Positions 13,558 to 64,000 of a stretch of 64,000 nucleotides of DNA are shown here, piece after piece (within the stretch, counting starts at the first letter, position 1; each line of letters begins with the position of its first letter). This stretch comes from Eledone cirrhosa (lineage: Eukaryota). The DNA is taken from the NCBI GenBank assembly GCA_964016885.1, contig OZ024744.1, forward strand, positions 12,586,001 through 12,650,000, in the 5' to 3' direction. The notes beneath the pieces were generated by a model, which was given only the letters and a program-made list of their open reading frames with translations, searched no databases and had not been told where the DNA came from. The translations under genes and the position numbers were made by a program.

Positions 13558-14075
13558 ATTGGCATACCAAAACCATACCAAAACATGAAACATAAGTATG
13601 GCTTTTTAGTCATGACTTAGACCATGATGGCCTGTCCAAACCTTGTTACCAGAGAGAATAAAGATGTTATGTGGTGGTGGCACCAATTATGAAAGTTTAG
13701 TCTTAGATTTTAACAATCTATTCAACCCAGGAAAGTTGTTGTTAAATGATGATTATAATAAACTTTGAGAAAAACAAATTATTCATAACAAACTTCTTGA
13801 AAAATTAAATATAAAAAAATCTTGAAAGTACATTAGTTAACAGTAAGTAAGCTGCTAAATGAAAAGAAAGTGGAGCAGTTTATAAGGCTCAATTTATAGT
13901 TAAACCTGCATTGTAGCAGCTTTCAATAAGCTAACATACTTTCAAGAACGATTCATAAGACAATTGTTTCTTTGTTTAAATATTCAAAAAATGTGTTGAT
14001 CATTTAATGTGAAAAATAAAAAAAAACAAAAATGTAAAGAAAAGGATCCCAATATTTTATTTGCAATAAACATCT

Positions 14076-62790
<48,715 letters not shown>

Positions 62791-62896
62791 CTGAATAAAA
62801 TATTTTTTTAAATCTAAATAATTACAATCATGAAAAACCAAAAAAGTAAATGATAAAATAATTAAAAACAAAAATAAACAGATATGATACAATATT

Positions 62897-64000
62897 ATCA
62901 TCATCATCAGGTTTAGCGTCCGTGTTCCACGCTTGCATGGGTTTGGACGGGGGTTTTCCCACTTGAGGTAAGAGTGGTTGTCTTGCTCGCATAGGACTGT
63001 CTGGCGGGTTTTCTACAGTTGGATGCCCTTCCTAACACCAACCACATTTACAGTGTGGTGCTGGGAGGTTTTTACCGTGTTGCCTACACGGCCACATTAC
63101 AGCGTGGACTGTCTGGCGGGTTTTCTACAGCTGGATGCCCTTCCTAACACCAACCACATTTACAGTGTGGGTCTGGGAGGTTTTTACCGTGTTGCCTACA
63201 CGGCCACATTTACAGCGTGGACTGTGTGTTTTTTGTCGTGACACCTACACGATCTCATTTGTTTCGGCCTGGATGTTGTGGGACCAACATAACTTTACAT
63301 TGAAAGGGGCGGTGTGGATGGGGTGGAGGTGGTGGGACGGGGGGGGGGGGGGGTTAATAGAGATGCCTACTGACTATAGTAGGTTTTTACTTTGTATTTA
63401 GGTAAGGCGGGTCTTCTCTATTACTGAGTACCGCCAAAGGTCTCGGTCCAGTGACATTGTCTTGGAGAGGTGTAAGCGTGTGAGGTCGGAATTTATCAGC
63501 TCGTCCCATGTTTTTCTGGGTCTGCCTACTCCGTGGCTACCGTCTATCTTTATTGCCCTGCACTTTGTTATACAGCTGTCGTCTTTCATGCGCATCACGT
63601 GAGCGTACCAACGTAGCCTTCTCTCGAGTAAACAACATCTGATCCCTCTTATTTCTAATTTTTTCCTTAGTTCGTTTATGCTTTGCCGTTCACGTATATT
63701 ACTATTGCACATCCAGCGGAGCATGCAAGCTTCGTTCCTCTCTAGTCTGCGTATATCCTCTGCACACAATGCCCAGGTCTCACTGCCATGCAGCATTGCT
63801 GTTCGTATGCAGGCATCGTATAACCTGCCTTTCATTTTTAGGGAGAACCCTCTAGCGGCTAATAGTGGTATAAGCTCTCTGAACTTTTTCCATCCAGTTC
63901 TGACTCTAGCTACTGTACTTTCAAAGCACCCTCCCCCACTGCTGATTTTGTCACCCAGATAACGGAAGCTGTCCACTATTTCTATAGAACCCTCTGCGCA
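62897..64000 (-). mobile_element. RTE LINE with open RT C-terminal frame (63398 to window end) and 3'UTR carrying a 112-bp duplication
   Basis: DSFRYLGDKISSGGGC..WKKFREL..LHGSETW..RRLRWY..GRPRKTW; (GAT)n tail; continues beyond the window. Confidence 0.93.

Noticed and set aside
14003-14061. Possible THOC5 polyadenylation signals (AATAAA 14056-14061, ATTAAA 14003-14008, minus strand)
   Set aside because: The region is very AT-rich, so the functional site cannot be chosen without 3'-end data.

Overview
Eukaryotic, repeat-saturated intronic DNA. The repeat families resemble those of octopod cephalopods (inference, no database search). The only host gene is the 3' two-thirds of THOC5 (THO complex subunit 5/FMIP) on the minus strand. 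It has 11 GT-AG exons between 62790 and 14076 whose phases chain into one 443-aa frame ending GPNRNKPFKYDSQLGIFTHR*; the 5' exons lie beyond the window. Introns and downstream DNA hold many RTE-clade LINE fragments with (GAT)n tails, a Tx1/L1-like LINE, a CR1-like LINE, a remnant of an RLE-type (Hero/NeSL-like) LINE and tRNA-headed SINEs. There is also a three-level nest: non-autonomous Helitron > CsRN1-like Gypsy LTR element > RTE LINE. About a dozen distinct 32-79 bp tandem arrays are present, most visibly amplified from pieces of transposon sequence, including a >12 kb 32-bp satellite. The most striking structure is a 290-bp near-perfect palindrome in a THOC5 intron (34963-35252). Each arm encodes a minimal type I hammerhead ribozyme of the Penelope/dimer type, so each ribozyme is always transcribed together with its own antisense. 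Most ORFs in the supplied track are translation artefacts of tandem repeats.
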